From Seison nebaliae (Eukaryota), in NCBI GenBank assembly GCA_023231475.1, contig JALJEE010002494.1, forward strand, positions 1 to 52,844: a stretch of DNA of 52,844 nucleotides, read 5' to 3'. Positions 22,219 to 37,100 of the stretch are shown here, one piece after another. The position numbers were made by a program, and so were the translations under genes. The notes below the pieces were generated by a model, which worked only from the letters and a program-made list of their open reading frames with translations, had not been told where the DNA came from and made no database searches. Each line of letters opens with the position of its first letter. Positions within the stretch are counted from its first letter, which is position 1.

Positions 22219-25200
22219 CTAAAATCCCTCATTCACTTGGAAATCGAATGATTGACTCTCTTCTTCTGACGAATTGTTTGGCACATGACTACGAGAAGAA
22301 TGTTGAATATATTTGATTAATTGTTCTTCGATTTCTCCGAGATTCGATTTCTCCGTTTTATCATCCGTCGTATTCGTTCCTTTGTCCAATTTGAGAATTT
22401 GAGTAAATTCTTCCTCTGTCACCGAATGAGAGAATGGCGCTTCGAAACATGGATCATTATGTAAGAGATGTCTTTTCGTCTCACAAGTAAATTTCTTCCG
22501 TTTCTCATCTGTTCCCTTTTCTGCACAAATGGAAAAAGGCGATCCTTCCACTATGAAACTTGAACAATAATTTTTGAAAATATGTTTCCTGCCTCCCTTC
22601 GTCGATTGACAGAATGACGAGTCGATAGTTTCATCATCTCCACGATTATTATCTGGTTGTGATTCGTTCGTGTTTTGTTGGGTGGAAATGAAATTCTCAC
22701 AATTATATTTATCCATGACAGATTGATGTGTTGGACATATCTCTTCCCTCACATGATAATTGGCGAATGGAGCTGGTGCACTACTAATATTTGATGAACT
22801 CTCTTTCACTGATGATTGTTGAGGCAATTCTGTTAAGACACTATTCATACCAGATTGAAATGATGGAGTATCTCCTTTCATATCTCGGAATTCGTTAACC
22901 GTTTCAGTTGCGTCTGTCCAACCATCTGCCTTATCCAATAATTTCTTACGGTTATTAATATCATTCGACAAATTGACAGTACTTCGAGATAATTCTCTCG
23001 ATAATATATCCGATATTCCTCTCGTCCCACTCTCTTCAATCTTCTCCTGATTCCTATTCTCACTTGATATTATCTCTCCGAATATTTGAGATTCTATTTC
23101 TTCACTTTCTTTTTCTAAAATTTTTTCAATCTTCTTTTCCAAACTTTCTCCACTTTTTTCCTCTGATACTTCTTCAATTTTTGTTTTGGATATTTTCTCA
23201 AATTTTTTTTCAGATATTTTTTCAATTAATTTTCCTGGTGTTTCTTCAACGGTTTTTTCCGAAATTTCAAAAATTTCCCTTTCCGATATTTCCTCAACTG
23301 TTTTTTTCGATAATTCTTCAAGGTTTCTTTCCGATTTTTCATTAGTTTTTTTCCTTGATATTTCTTCAATTCTTTTTTGTGACATTTCTTCAATTTTCTT
23401 TCGAGATATTTCGTCAATTTTCTTTTGTGATATTTCTTCAATTTTCTTAAGTAGCATTTCTTCTATTTTCTTTTCCGAAATTTCTTCTATTGTCTTTTCT
23501 GATATTTTTTCAATTTTCTTCTCCGACATTTCTTTGAATGAAAATAGAAATCTATTTTTCTCTATAATATCTTCAACTTTCTTATCCGATACTTTCCCAG
23601 ATGTTTGTTCCGTCACTTCTCCCATCATTTTTTCCGATTTCTTATTCTCGAAATTTTGTTCTAATTTTTTTTCCTTTAAAATGTCTCCTACTCTCCTCTC
23701 GGAACTCTCCATTCTCTCCGACAATTCAATATCGATAGAAGATATTTTTGAATTAGTTGAATTCTTAGTAATATGTTGTTGAGTGGTATTCTTCATTGAA
23801 TTGAAACTTTCCGATTGTGTTGACGTGTTTGTCTTAAACGTCACTTTCGGTACACTAACCGTCGTCGGATTAGTTTTCGCTTTCTCGAAATCCGTTGAGA
23901 GTTGTGAAATCAATTTCGTCTTCTCTTGAGACGTCAATGTGCCCAATTTGCGTTTGGTGACAGATGGTGATGAATTGGGTTGATCGTGCAATTTTTCGAA
24001 ATTGTCCAACGACGGAAATAACGGAATAATTCCCTCTTCCATAATAGCCGTTTTCAAATCTTTCATTCTCTTTTCTACGTTCGGATCGTCGAATATATCG
24101 ATGATTCCATCTTCATATTCCGGTTCATTTTTTCCGTCTTCGATCGGTCTAAATTTCGGTAATTTTTTTCGCTTTTCCAACGATTTAAATTTCGCTAATT
24201 CTTTTCCTTCTTCAGTTGATGGGAATTTTTGTAATTCTTTTTGTTCTTCGATCGATTTAAATTTCGCTATTTCTTTTCCTTCTTCAGTTGATGGAAATTT
24301 TGGTAATTCTTTTTGTTCTTCGATCGGTGTAAATTTCGGTAATTCTTTTTGTTCTTCGACCGGTGTAAATTTTGGTAATTCTCTTTGTTCTTCGATCGGT
24401 GTAAATTTCGATTCCTCTATCGATTCTCTTCGTTTAAATTTTTCAATAACTGGAAATGGAGTTTTATTGAAATTATCTTGTGATGGCAACAATCCCATAT
24501 TTTCGTCATCCTTCGACATGCGCGACAATTGAGATATTGTTGATTGGAAACTGACCGTTCTCTCGATTTGAATATCAGGAATATCCATATCATTCTCTTC
24601 CGTTTCCATCGGAAATACATTTCTGTCTGTAGCAATTATTGGATTTCTATTGGATTCTGGTCGATCGGTTGTCGATTGAGCGAAATCGATTTTCTCTTCC
24701 GATAATTTATTCGTCGGATTGACATGGGCATTTTTTGATTTTCTTAAGCCTAACGCTGGAGAGACATAATTGTCGATAAAACTACTCGCTTTCGAGATTT
24801 GGGAGGCAGTGTTCTTGATGACGAACGATTGAATCTCTTCTATGGTTTTGAGAATATTCTCTGACGATCTTCCTCGTGAATCATCTAAATTTCCTCTGGA
24901 TGTGTTCGACATTTTAATTCGTTTGGAGGAAGGAGTTTGAGAACGGGCGAATGTATCATCATATGAATTATCAGTATCGTCTCTCTGTCTTGATGATGGT
25001 TCGACTGATTCGTGAAACTTCTTTTTCGAACTCGTTTTAGATTTGGACGTTTTACTATAAATTTTCGATTTACTTGAAAATTGTTGTCGGCGTTGTTCCG
25101 TACCAGACGTGTAATTCGTGGAAGTGTAATCGTCGTTGTCTTGGGGGAATGGCGATGAGACATTCCGAGAAGTATTCTTTTTCGGCATTTCATTACCGTT

Positions 25201-26148
25201 AGGCTTAATGAGATCATGATCCGACATTAATATATCACCGTTCGATTTTACCGATCTCTCACTCATATACGATCGACCCGTTCTCACACTCATATTCGAT
25301 CGGACATATAAACTACCCTTACTGTACTTTGACATTTTCGATCGTTTCTTCTTCACTTTCGTTTTATGTTCCGATTTCTTTTTCTTTATCAGTTTCTCTC
25401 TTTCTTCCGCATACGCTTTCATTGAGATTTTCTTAAAGAATAAAAGATTGGCAAAGAATAATACGCCAATAATACCGAGAATTCCCGCTAATAGTCCTAA
25501 GCCTATGTGGATAAATAATAAACCGGATTGTTCCGTCGATACTTTGGTGGACAAAATGGCTGAAAATGGTTAATTAGAAATTTTTAATTGATTGATAAAA
25601 TAGAACTATGATCTTTTATTTGTCCTTTATTGAACGCGGAATAATATTCCATTAAATCATTTCCGGTGCTGATATCCTGTTTGATTTGACGAGATAATTT
25701 CTTGTTATCTTGGAAAATATCTTTATAATGTCCCATGAAATATTCCTTTGGTACGATCGTTCGATAATGATAAGTATACAAGCCACTCTTCACATCATCC
25801 GTGGCGATAATTACGGAAGTGAATACTCGATTCGTATCTCCCACTATGATCTTGTTGAGAGATGATAACGATGCTATCTTGATCTAACATTGAAATTATT
25901 TCATTTTTTTTAATTTCAATTTAATTATGGAAACTTCAGTTTTTAATCTGTTAACGTCAACTTTAGATTGTTTATAAACGATTTTACCTTCTCGCTCAAT
26001 CACCACATTCCCTAGAGGAGAAGAATTGGAGGAATTTCTCTTGAAACAAATGACAACTATAAGTCTTGTCGCTGATGCTGAGTGGACGAATCGTTTCGAC
26101 GAGTAATAGGAAGATGGCGGAGGATTGTAGCAACATTTGATTTCTCAT
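22219..26148 (-). CDS. Orphan single-pass type-I membrane protein: signal peptide, small ectodomain, TM helix, ~1070-aa Ser/Glu/Lys-rich tail with internal repeats; 4 exons
   Basis: ATG 26148 'MRNQMLLQSSAIFLLLVETIRPLS'. Introns 26012-26057, 25884-25934 and 25560-25606 (all GTT...AG) link the 25584-25844 and 22219-25554 ORFs in frame. TM 'LLFIHIGLGLLAGILGIIGVLFFANLLFF' is followed by a Lys-rich stop-transfer stretch. Confidence 0.75.
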
Positions 26149-26595
26149 GGTGAACGTGAGTGAAAAACAATTTCACTTTTAATCGAATACCCAATATTTC
26201 TCATTTCTAACATTCAATTTCAATTGTCCATATTCCCAATTTATTTGTCAACTCAAAAATTTCTGTCAATTCTATTCCTTCAAATGACTTTTTCCTTTCT
26301 TTAATTTCACAAAAATAATATTTTATGTTTTTCTAAAATTTAACTTTTTTTTTAATTTCAGTACCCATATGAATAAAAACTTTCAATTATTTTTCATAAA
26401 CATAAAGTAATATCGAATTGGAGCTGTGTTAAGCTCAGACGTTTTCACACTTCCAATCAATCAGATTAGGCTTATGATTTTAATTGTGAAATTGATTAAT
26501 TTACATGAGTCGAACAAACTAATTTAATGGAGATGTGAAATTTGAATTATTATTGATATTCAAAAATTGTTATAACAATCTACTATCAAGGAATC

Positions 26596-27911
26596 ATGGC
26601 TGATTTTCCGTACAACACGATGGAGAATCCGATACGGACAGGAATGCAAGGACGAGATGAACCAGAGGGAGTGCACTTGACCGAATCGGAAATCGAAGAG
26701 ATTAATCGTTTGGAGAACGAGATGAATCGTCTCAATCAGAAAGAATTTCCCTTGATTCACAACCTCATTCATAAGGAGTTGTGTTGTCGTCGGACGGAAC
26801 CGAAAAACTTATTCCTCAACATGAAACATCTGGACGTGGAGCATATGGTGCCGATCAAATTGGTGGTGAAAGTGGCGGTGCCAGCACATGAAAAAGTTTC
26901 CTCATTTACTTACTTTCATTTCTCTTTTCATATTTCCTCAGATAAATTATGTGGGACGGATTTTGGGTCCTGGTGGACATTATTTGAGGAATTTGTGTCA
27001 AGAGACTTCATGCAAAATGGCCGTTTATGGGAAAGGATCGATGAGAGATTCGGCCAAAGAACGAGATGCTTATGAATCGGGAAATCCCATGTATTCCCAT
27101 CTTATGGATGATACTCATGTTCACATTGAAGCGCAAGCGAGACCTGATGAAGCATTCAAAAGAATATCAATCGCCTTACACGAACTTCAACCTTACATTT
27201 TAGGAGTTAGTAAAATAAACTTTCACTAATTATTAGTTAATTTCCATAAATTTCACAAATAATTTCTAAATTTTCACAAATTTCACAATTGCCACAAATT
27301 ATTTCTAAATTTCCACAAATTTCACAAATTATTTGTGAGTTTTCACAATTTCCACAAATTTCACAAATTATTTGTGAATTTTCACAATTGCCACAAATTA
27401 TCTCGACTTGAAGTCTCTCCCAGAATTATCTCGACTTAAATTCTTTTCCAGAAATAATCTAATTGAAATGCTGTGAATTTAAATTGGAAATAATATTTAT
27501 TTTCATTGACAGGTTTATGAAGATAATCGGAGGAATCTCCAACAACAAATGGAGGGTGATGGTCGGACAATGCCACCGGACCATATGGCTTCCTCCACCT
27601 CTTCCAACTACGCCAATCGACCCCAGTTCGCTAACAGTTACACACCCACAGCTCAAGCTACTGGTAGCACATCTGTTCCCCCATCGAATGTGAACAGTAA
27701 CTATTCGGCACACAACCCGCCCGCTCGATCCAATCAACGTCCTGGCTATTATTCGAGGACGGATGAAGGATTGGATTCGAATGATGCCCACATGAGAAGC
27801 GGTGGTGGCGGAGGAGGAGGGGTTAGTGGTGCTGGTGGTGGAGGTGGATATCCAGGACCTAATGATGGAAGATCGAATGCGAATGACCAGTTCCGATACC
27901 AGCATTATTAG
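26596..27911 (+). CDS. STAR-family KH-domain RNA-binding protein (KHDRBS/Sam68-SLM-like); 3 exons
   Basis: 'INYVGRILGPGG...QETSCKMAVYGKGSMRDSAKE...YSHLMDDTHVHIE' matches the STAR maxi-KH domain. Introns 26896-26941 and 27206-27512 are both phase 0. Gly/Tyr-rich tail ends at TAG 27909-27911. Confidence 0.88.
27235..27400. repeat. Degenerate AAATTTCACAAATT / TTCCACAAATT repeats inside KH-gene intron 2
   Basis: Visible repeated motif; boundaries are approximate. Confidence 0.75.
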
Positions 27912-28141
27912 GGAGATATGACGAGACATGGAAAGCTTGTAAATTGAAAAAAAAATAAACTTTTTCTAATTTATTTTTTTCCCAAGTCCACTCGTCATTT
28001 GGAATTTATTAATGACAATATCATCATGTGTAAGATCACATCTTTCTCATTATTGTTTGAAATTTCAATGATTTTTTTTTTCAAAATGTGGCGATTGTAA
28101 CGGAATTTAATTAAAATAAAATTTATTTTCTTTCTCTCAAG

Positions 28142-31100
28142 ATGTTTGGTCTGCAATCATACCTGTCGTCGTTGGTAGCGCGACTGATCGATAAGTATGT
28201 GAAATTGCGTGCCAGTGATTTCAATTTGTATTGGTGGGGATCGGACATAGTTCTCCATCAGCTCGACATGCGAATGCCGACACTTCAGGCGATGGCGGGC
28301 AATTTGCCTCTGCACTTCATCAGTGGGAAGGTGGGCGAATTGCGTGTGAATGTGTCGTGGAATGGAATGAATTCAAACCGACTGAAAATTACGGCGACCA
28401 ATATCGAGATCAGATGTGAATTGAAATATTCGAAATTGGTGAATGTGTCGTCGAATGAGGAGGATGGAGAGGAGAAGGATGGACGAACGAAACCGTTCGA
28501 CATGAAATTGGATGAAGAGAATCTCATGATGGATTCTACACCGTCATCTATGAACGACAATAAATCATATGTGCAGAAGATGTTGAGTAATATTTTGGAG
28601 AACATCCAATTAGAATTGAGGAATGTCATCTTCAAATTTCAACACGAAAACGATATTTATACTTTGCGTCTCTCATCTCTGTCGTCGTCATCGATGGAAT
28701 TAAAGAGATTATTTAATCAATTGCCAATTAATGTGAATGAGATGTTGATGGGACGTAAAACGATCATCTCCCAACTCAGTCTCTTTATTAATGATGATTG
28801 TATTTGTGAGAAATTGGAAATGGAAATCATTTTTAGTCTCTTTAATTTATTCGTCAATAATATTTGTATGATCGATATTCATATCAAATCAACAAGTACG
28901 AATTGCGTCCATTTAAAAATGAATATTGAACATCTCTTCCAATTATATTCATTACTCAATCACATTCTCTTCGCTTATTCCACTTGTCGTCTCGATAAAG
29001 TTTTGACGAAAAAATCTTTAAATTTCCTTTTAAATCTGTGTCAAGTGGAGAAGAATCCGCATGTCCTTCTAGATCATCTTACGGAATTGTTGAAAATGAT
29101 AACGAAGAACAAAGAAAAAGTTGAAGAGACAATTCATAATATTGCTTTATCACCGTTTCGAACGGTAAATTGTCGGAAAATGCACAAAATAAAATCGAAT
29201 TCGTCGATTGGTGAAAATTCGGATTCTTCCACCGTTTCTTCCTCTTTCTTCTCTTATTTGTACAATTATCTCTTGAATGAGCCTGAGACGAATGAGAAAG
29301 ATGAAAAAATTATCGATCGATATTCAAAAGATGAAATGATCGTTATCATCAATATGGAAATTGATGAGATTTTCTTGAATATCCGTCGTCGAGATATCGT
29401 AGGAAATTATGGTGGTGGAATTCGATTGATTGATGAAATGCGACGGAAATCGACCGATTTCATTTCCATCAATCTCTCCCGGTTTGCCATGGCGTTCGCT
29501 AATACATCATCATCGATGGAATTTGAAATTTCCTTCAATCAATTCACTGTTCGTGATGAGATCAATAATCGATTGATAATGAAAACGAGAGAGATGAAAT
29601 CGTTCAATTCTCTCCGATTGTTGAGTGGGGAGAATGTGGATTTAGAATCATATCCGTTACGTCATTATTTGGTGGCGAATAGTGTGAAATGTGTTTTGTT
29701 GGACGACATTCCTGGAATTGTCATTCAATACAAATCGGATGAATTGAAAGAATTCGTGACAAATTTCAATAATTTATTAATATATATCGACGTTAATTTA
29801 TTTGAATTATTTTCAATTTTCAAATTTCCTTTTCGTACTCTGATGGAAAGAACGAGAAGATTGAACGATATGGAAGAGATGTGGAAAGAGATCGAAAAGA
29901 TGATTTTTGGTGGTAATAAAATGGTGAAAGTGGAGGAATTATATAATTGTTTGATGGAAACGAATATGAATTTAAATGAGGATGAAACTGATTTGAATTT
30001 ATTGAAATGTCTCTCCAAATTTCGTTGTCTCTTTTTTAATGTTCAATTTGAATTTGAATGGAATCAATCCATTCTCATCGATCGAATTTCTTACGATTCT
30101 TCCAAATTAGAATCAATTCATCATCTCATCGATATTGCCATTTCATTATTCAAACGACAAATAATTCGATCCGTTCCAACACACTCCACAATTCCACAAC
30201 AACAACATGGAAGAACGGTTCCTGGTTCCATCGAAATGACAATGGAACGGAATGACGATAAATTGTCACATGAACAATTGAACAGATTAATCGGTTTGAC
30301 CAACATCAATCATCAAGTGAAGATTAATCGAATTAGTCTTTTGGGAAAGGAGAAGAATCTCGAGATTATTTTGGGCAATTTCTTCTTAGCCACCTCTCAA
30401 TCTGTCTACAACGATAAATGGAATCTCATTCTCCACAATTGTCGATATGACAATTTATTGATTTTAAATAATTATCAATTTAAATTTTATGATTTTCAAT
30501 TAACCTTCGATCGAATCATCAATATTAATTTCATTCAATTTATTTTCCGTTTATTGGCCATGATGGAAATTGAGAGAACAGAAAATCGATTATCCTCTTC
30601 TATCGTCGCTAATCGAATGCAACACAAATTCAAATGGAAAGAAATCGGAAGGAAGAAATGTCCATTGGGGATGATGAGACGACGATCGAGTTGTTCGAAA
30701 ATGGATGTTAAAAAACGGTCGTTTCCGGACGGAAAATTGAAGAAGAGTGGCTCGTTAGATCTTCATGGGAATGAGGAGAAGAATGATTTGGAGAAGTTAG
30801 AGAAGGAGAAACAACTCAATTTACCATTATCATTTCATGTGTTATTTCAACAATTGTTGAAATTAAGAGAAACGGAAAATGATCTCACCAATTTCTTCAA
30901 AAACCAAAACGGTTTATTTATGGAATTTGAAATTATTTTGAAAAAAATTATTCAATCAATTCCATCCTTTCGTATTCAATTTAAATTCTTACGATTATCA
31001 TATCATCTTATTGATGATGGATTAATTCTCAATAATTTACAATCATTCGAATTCGCTTTATCGCCTCTCTTTCTTTTCAACAACAAAAATAATCGAGTCA

Positions 31101-34100
31101 TTTTTCAAATTCAATCAGGCGATTTCTATCAAGTTGCTAATCGATTATTCGAATCATCGATAAATCAATCATCCGTCCAAATGAAAGAGGAAGAGAATAA
31201 ATATTTTGCCAATTCTATATTTTTGAATTATAATCGGAAAATGAAAAATTCTAACGGAATTTATCCATTTCTCTTTTTCCATATGAATCGAATGAAATTA
31301 AATTTAGATGAGAAATTACTTGATTCATTCCAACTCATTTTCACTAAACTCATCGCCACAATTATGGATGTGAAAGAAAAGATGATAAATTTGATCGAAG
31401 GAAATCTGATGAGTCAATTGGACAAGAGAGAATGTGTCAATGATACGACCGATATAATTTTTGATGATATTCTAGAAGAATATTTAAATTGGGAATTTAA
31501 AAATATTTTCGTCGTTCATTCAATCTCTTCACAACAATCTTCTAATAAAGAAGAGTTGAAAGAAGAAATGTTTATTTCTAATGAAATTATTCGAAAATTA
31601 ATTTTTTGGTGTCAATGTGATGGAATTGCATTTAAATTTAATTATACTTATCAAATAACTTTATTATCATTTGAAAATGAAGGAATTGGAAGAAATTCGA
31701 TTGATTATCAATCGCCATTCATTTTTCTCTCTTCTATGAAAATTCAACGGAAAATTTTCCATCATAAAAATGAGGAAAAGACAATGCATCTTATTCTGAA
31801 AGAGTTTTATGAATCTTTTAATTTCTCTTCACAAACTCGATTAGATTTAGAGAAATGGAAAAATTGGCAATCATCAACATCCAAAAATTTCTATTTAAAT
31901 TTAGCAGAGAATAAATGTGTAACGAAACCTGTTTCCATTTCCAGTATCTGGTTCCATGGCGATTTGACAAAAGATGTCATCTCCTCTCAATTAGTTGTCT
32001 CATCTACTCAATTGAGTTGGGATAAGAAATCTACGACATATTTAGACGTTGAGAAGATTTGTTTAATTTTTAAATTTTTCCATAAATTTTCATCGATTTG
32101 TACGGTGATGATGAAAATGATGAAATGGAGAAAAGTTGAAAAAAGGAGAAAAATGAAAGAAAAGAATTTGATTATTGATATAAAATTTAAATTCCTCCAA
32201 CCAAATTGGTTGAGATTTACTCGACAATTCTACAAAAACTTCTACGCACTCGACGATAAAATTCGAGGGAAATTTCCATTAACGAAATTGATTGATGATT
32301 TGTTGGATTTTCAAGAAACGAGAATTCCATTCAAAAATCAAACGATTGTTCCCATGACAGATGACGATAATTTGGACGATGAATTACGTTCAGATTTCCA
32401 TCAACGTTTCGTTCTTTTAACCGTTGTGACGATTTTATATATGAAAAATATCGATGTGGAAATTAATGAGACATCTCTCATTCTCCGTTTTCATTCCATT
32501 CAATTATTCCATCAGACAAGACCAGGTAATGAAGTGCGTCTTATCAATCATGTGAAAGATTTTATTCAATTTGAATTTGGAAATGATTTCATCAAATTAT
32601 CAACTGATTGTGAGAATATCGGTGATTTAACAATCGATATCCCTCCACTCTTAATCTATTCGTTTAAACCATATTTTATGGAATTTGATCATTTTGAATC
32701 AGATTGGAAAAAGAAGAAACCGATGAAAAAACGGAAAATTTCCGTTATCGATGAAAAATCAAAAAAGAGAAAAAATCGATCAGAATCTCCTCTTAATTCT
32801 CATTTACATCGTCAATTAAATATTTATAATCGATTTAAACAAATCACATTTGAACATTTAATTTCTTCATTATATGAATTAATTTTCCATTTCTTCCAAT
32901 CTTCTTTATCCGTACCGATTGGATCGACAGAAATTATCACTTCTCCTCCTCCTGATCAAATTCAAATTTCAATCGATGATTTCTGGAAGAAAATCGAACA
33001 ATCAACTCATCTCGCCGTCAATTGGGAAGTTAATTGGAAAATGAATGATAATAATATCATCCAAATTGACAATGGAAATTATTCATCCGAATCCGAATTT
33101 GAATTTGATGACAATTCAATCGATCCATCAAAATCGGCGAGTGAATCGGAAAAATCTTGTGAGAAAATTAATGAAAAACGATCCGTCCAAATTTTAAATT
33201 TTAAATTTCATCCATACAAATCGAACGAATCAAACGGAATTAAAATGGAATTTGAAATTTTTTCTCCAACACATTTCACGATGGGATGGACAGATCGTAA
33301 AGAGATAATGTATCGACTTGTAGAGAAAGGATTCGTTCGTCATCGTTTGGAATTTGGGAGAATGTCATGGAATTCTGAGAAATTTATTATGGAAAAATTT
33401 TATTATTCTGTTGCCAATTATGAAGATATGAGAAAAAACGAAGATATTCCTGATCAACGTTTCGATGAAGAACCACCAGTGATTATTGTGGAACCGATGA
33501 AAGTGATGGAGAATGTGGATGTGATAATTGGAATGGAAGGAAATAAAATAACGATAGAAGAAAAGGAATTTGTTATCGATTTACAAGAAAATTATTTTAT
33601 TCGATATATTCGACCATTAATGAAATCGTGGAAGAAATGGAATGATTTGTTCGAGAGAATATGTCATCGAAAGGAAGGAATAGAAAAAATAAATGGAAAA
33701 ATTCCAGAAATACATCTATGTATAAAATCGGTGGTGAGAATCCGTTTTTTGAATTTGGAAGAACAAATTTTATCGATTGGATTAGAAGGAATTTATTTGA
33801 AATCATTTCCAGATAATTCCATCAAACTCATGTTAAATCGATTTCATCACTCCTTTACCAATGCTCAATGTAAAGTGGGATCAGTTCCGTATCTGTTTGT
33901 GGAATATCGATCGACTGATGAAATCGATACATGTGAAATGGATGTGAGAGCGATCGATAATTTTGAATTTACAAATAAACAAATTTGGAAATTAGAGAAA
34001 TTTTTTTTACAATTTTTAAATTGGAAAAAAAAAGAAAATAAAAAAATTGAGAATAAAAAAAAGAAAAATTTCCATTTAACAATTCAACTTCATATGAGCA

Positions 34101-37100
34101 TATCGATCGGATATCGATTTCTCGAATATGATTATGACGTTTATTACAATCTCAGTTTTTTGGCATTACGAGCGACTTTTCGTCAAATGATCGCTACCGA
34201 CAATTCGAGTTTATTCTCTAAAGAATTATTGGTAGAAGTGACAGATTTGAATTTTTGGATGAAAGAGAAATATCGCCAATTTCATCATATTATCGAACCG
34301 ATTCATCGAATTATGTTGAAAGTGAAAAAACAAATGGGATTGACAACGAATAATTTGAATAATTTTCATTTGCCATTAGAAATCATTGTGAACATTCCTT
34401 CACCAGTCAATATCCATTTGAGTTTTTGGGATTTGAAAACTTTAATTTTCATTTTAATTAGTCATCAAGAAAAATTTAATCGACAAATATATGATCGAGC
34501 CTTGTCTTCCGTAGACTTCCATACACTTCTGTTAATATGGTCAACGATTCGATTTCCTGTCATGCAATTAGATACGAAAATTCGAACAGTATTAAATTAT
34601 GATAAGAAATCGTCATTATTACGTCATGATATGGAGGATGAGAATGAGATGAAATGGAGAAAAGAGAATCGAAATAAATTCAAAAAATTTATAATTTCTG
34701 ATGATATTCGTCAATTGATGACCATTCAAAAAATGACATTAAATGCTCACACGTTCGATGAGGGAAAGAAAATGATAGATAATTTGATGCCTAATAAAAA
34801 GAATGAAGTGTTTTGTATCGATATGTTCGTCCGGAATGAATCAGCATATCATGGTGCCATCGTCTGGAAATATAAGGAAATTCGTCGATTGAATTCAATG
34901 CATGTCACATCGCCAATTTTCAATGAGAAGAAGAAGACGAAAGAAATGATGGAATTGGAAGAGAATAAATTTTCCTCTTTCTCTTTCTTCTCTTCCATTA
35001 TCTGTCAATCAACTCGATCACCATCAAAAAATTCAAATATCATTAAAAATGAAACGAATAAAATTCGATCAAAAAGTTGTTGTGTGAGAAGTTCTCCAAC
35101 TAATCGAGTATCAATTAAAATTCAATATTGGAATTTATCCACTAATGAATGGTCTACTATTACGTCATTATCATCAATTCAAATATTGGAAGGAAGTCGA
35201 TCAATTACTCATTTGGACACGGACGAATCGTCCACAATTTGGCGTGTTATTTGGAATCATCGTGATATTACGAGCAACAATTATCTCACATCATCGTCAT
35301 TATTGGCGGGATTGAACATGTCGTCATTACAAACGAATATTTCTGCTAATCCAAATCGTTCCAATAATTCCTTATCATTTGTTATGGTAATGCCGGAGAA
35401 ATTATCGATTACTATCGATGACAATTTGAATGGTTTGATCGTTCCATTTTTCAAATTTTCGTTGAGTGAATTAGATTTGAAATATTCTTATCATCATCCA
35501 CCACTCGCACCTATTCAAGAAGAATGTCAATTAAATGGAAATTTTCAAATAAGTTATCGTGAATTAGATTTCCTTCAATCAATTCCATTATTTTCTGGAA
35601 ATTCAATTTTACCTATCGATATTCGATTTAATCGAACGAAAAATGATATTCTTTTTGTTTTATCATTGGACAAATCGATCGATATTCATCTCTCACAACG
35701 TCTTTTCCATACCATCAATTATGTCATGGCATCATTGACAATATTCGATTTATCAGTGAAAGATCATTGTCGAACATATCTCCAAATAGTGAACGAATTA
35801 GGTAACGAACGAATCGTTTTACGACAAATTAATAATGATCATCATAAATTTGAATTGGGAGAGAAAACGAGAAAGAATTTCTACTGGACGAAAATGGATG
35901 AACGTTTATATTTGGAATTTGGTACTCGACAATTCAATGAGAAAAATGAAGAAATTAAATGGAATGAAAATATCTTTATAAAACCGTTTAATGATCGATT
36001 AATGAAAAATAAATCATTTCCACAAATCACTCGATATGAGAAAGGTAAAAATGATTTTTTGGAAATTGATCATTATTTCTTCCAATTCCATCGTAATGAT
36101 AACAGTTTATTTCAAGAGTTACATATTAACGGAAATATTTTCATTCATAATTACATTCAATTCAAATTTAATATCCAATTACAAAATGAACGAAATTTCG
36201 CTTCACCTCTCATGTCCATTCCAAATAATAGTCGACAATCTCTTCGTTTTGTGGATTTGGGAAATATTCTCATTCTCACCATTTCTCATTCATCTTCCAT
36301 CAATCAACAATGTCTTCCATTTGTTATTGATAAAAATAATTTGAAAGCACAAATACAACTCGCCATTTTTCAAGGGAATGATGAAAAGAATAATTATATC
36401 GCTTTTCGTTGTCATTTTGAAAAGATTTCAAAAAAAGACAATTTATTCTTAATTTGTTTTCTTCCCATACTTCTCGTTTATTCTCCTTTCAATTCCATCA
36501 AATTTTCTATGGATCATTTACCGTTAAGAAAACCATCATTTTCATCATATTATCAAATCGTCAATTTTACAAATGATTCAATTCATCTTCTTTCACCATT
36601 ATTGAAGAGATGTGAAGAGAAATATGAAGAAAATGAACAACTCGAATTTTCCATCAATTTCCATTTTGATGGTAACGTGAATATACGGAGAACGTTCCAA
36701 TTCGATTTCCATCAATCCATAATCGATAAATATGCGTCGGAGAAGAATCTCCTTCAAAATTTACAAGAATGGTATGCCATTTTCGAATGTAAAACGGATG
36801 AAGAAATTTCGAGGAAATTCAATCGATTTTCCATCGATTCTTTACAATTCCAATCGATGACGAGGAGGAAAGGATCACTCTCACAATTGATCATTGAAAT
36901 GACTCCCAAATATTTATTGGAGAATGATTTGACGAGAGGAATCGATTTGAAAATCGATCAAATCCATCAATATTCCTCCAATTTGATAACGACGGATGAA
37001 TATATCGATCCATCCATTTTCACTACAACCATCTCATCTAACGAATCATATCTATTTGATGGTGGCTCATTAAATGATGTTGAGAATTGTCAATTGAAAT

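Noticed and set aside
23064..24532. Plus-strand ORFs of 93-198 aa
   Set aside because: Antisense shadows of the repetitive Glu/Lys-rich coding strand.
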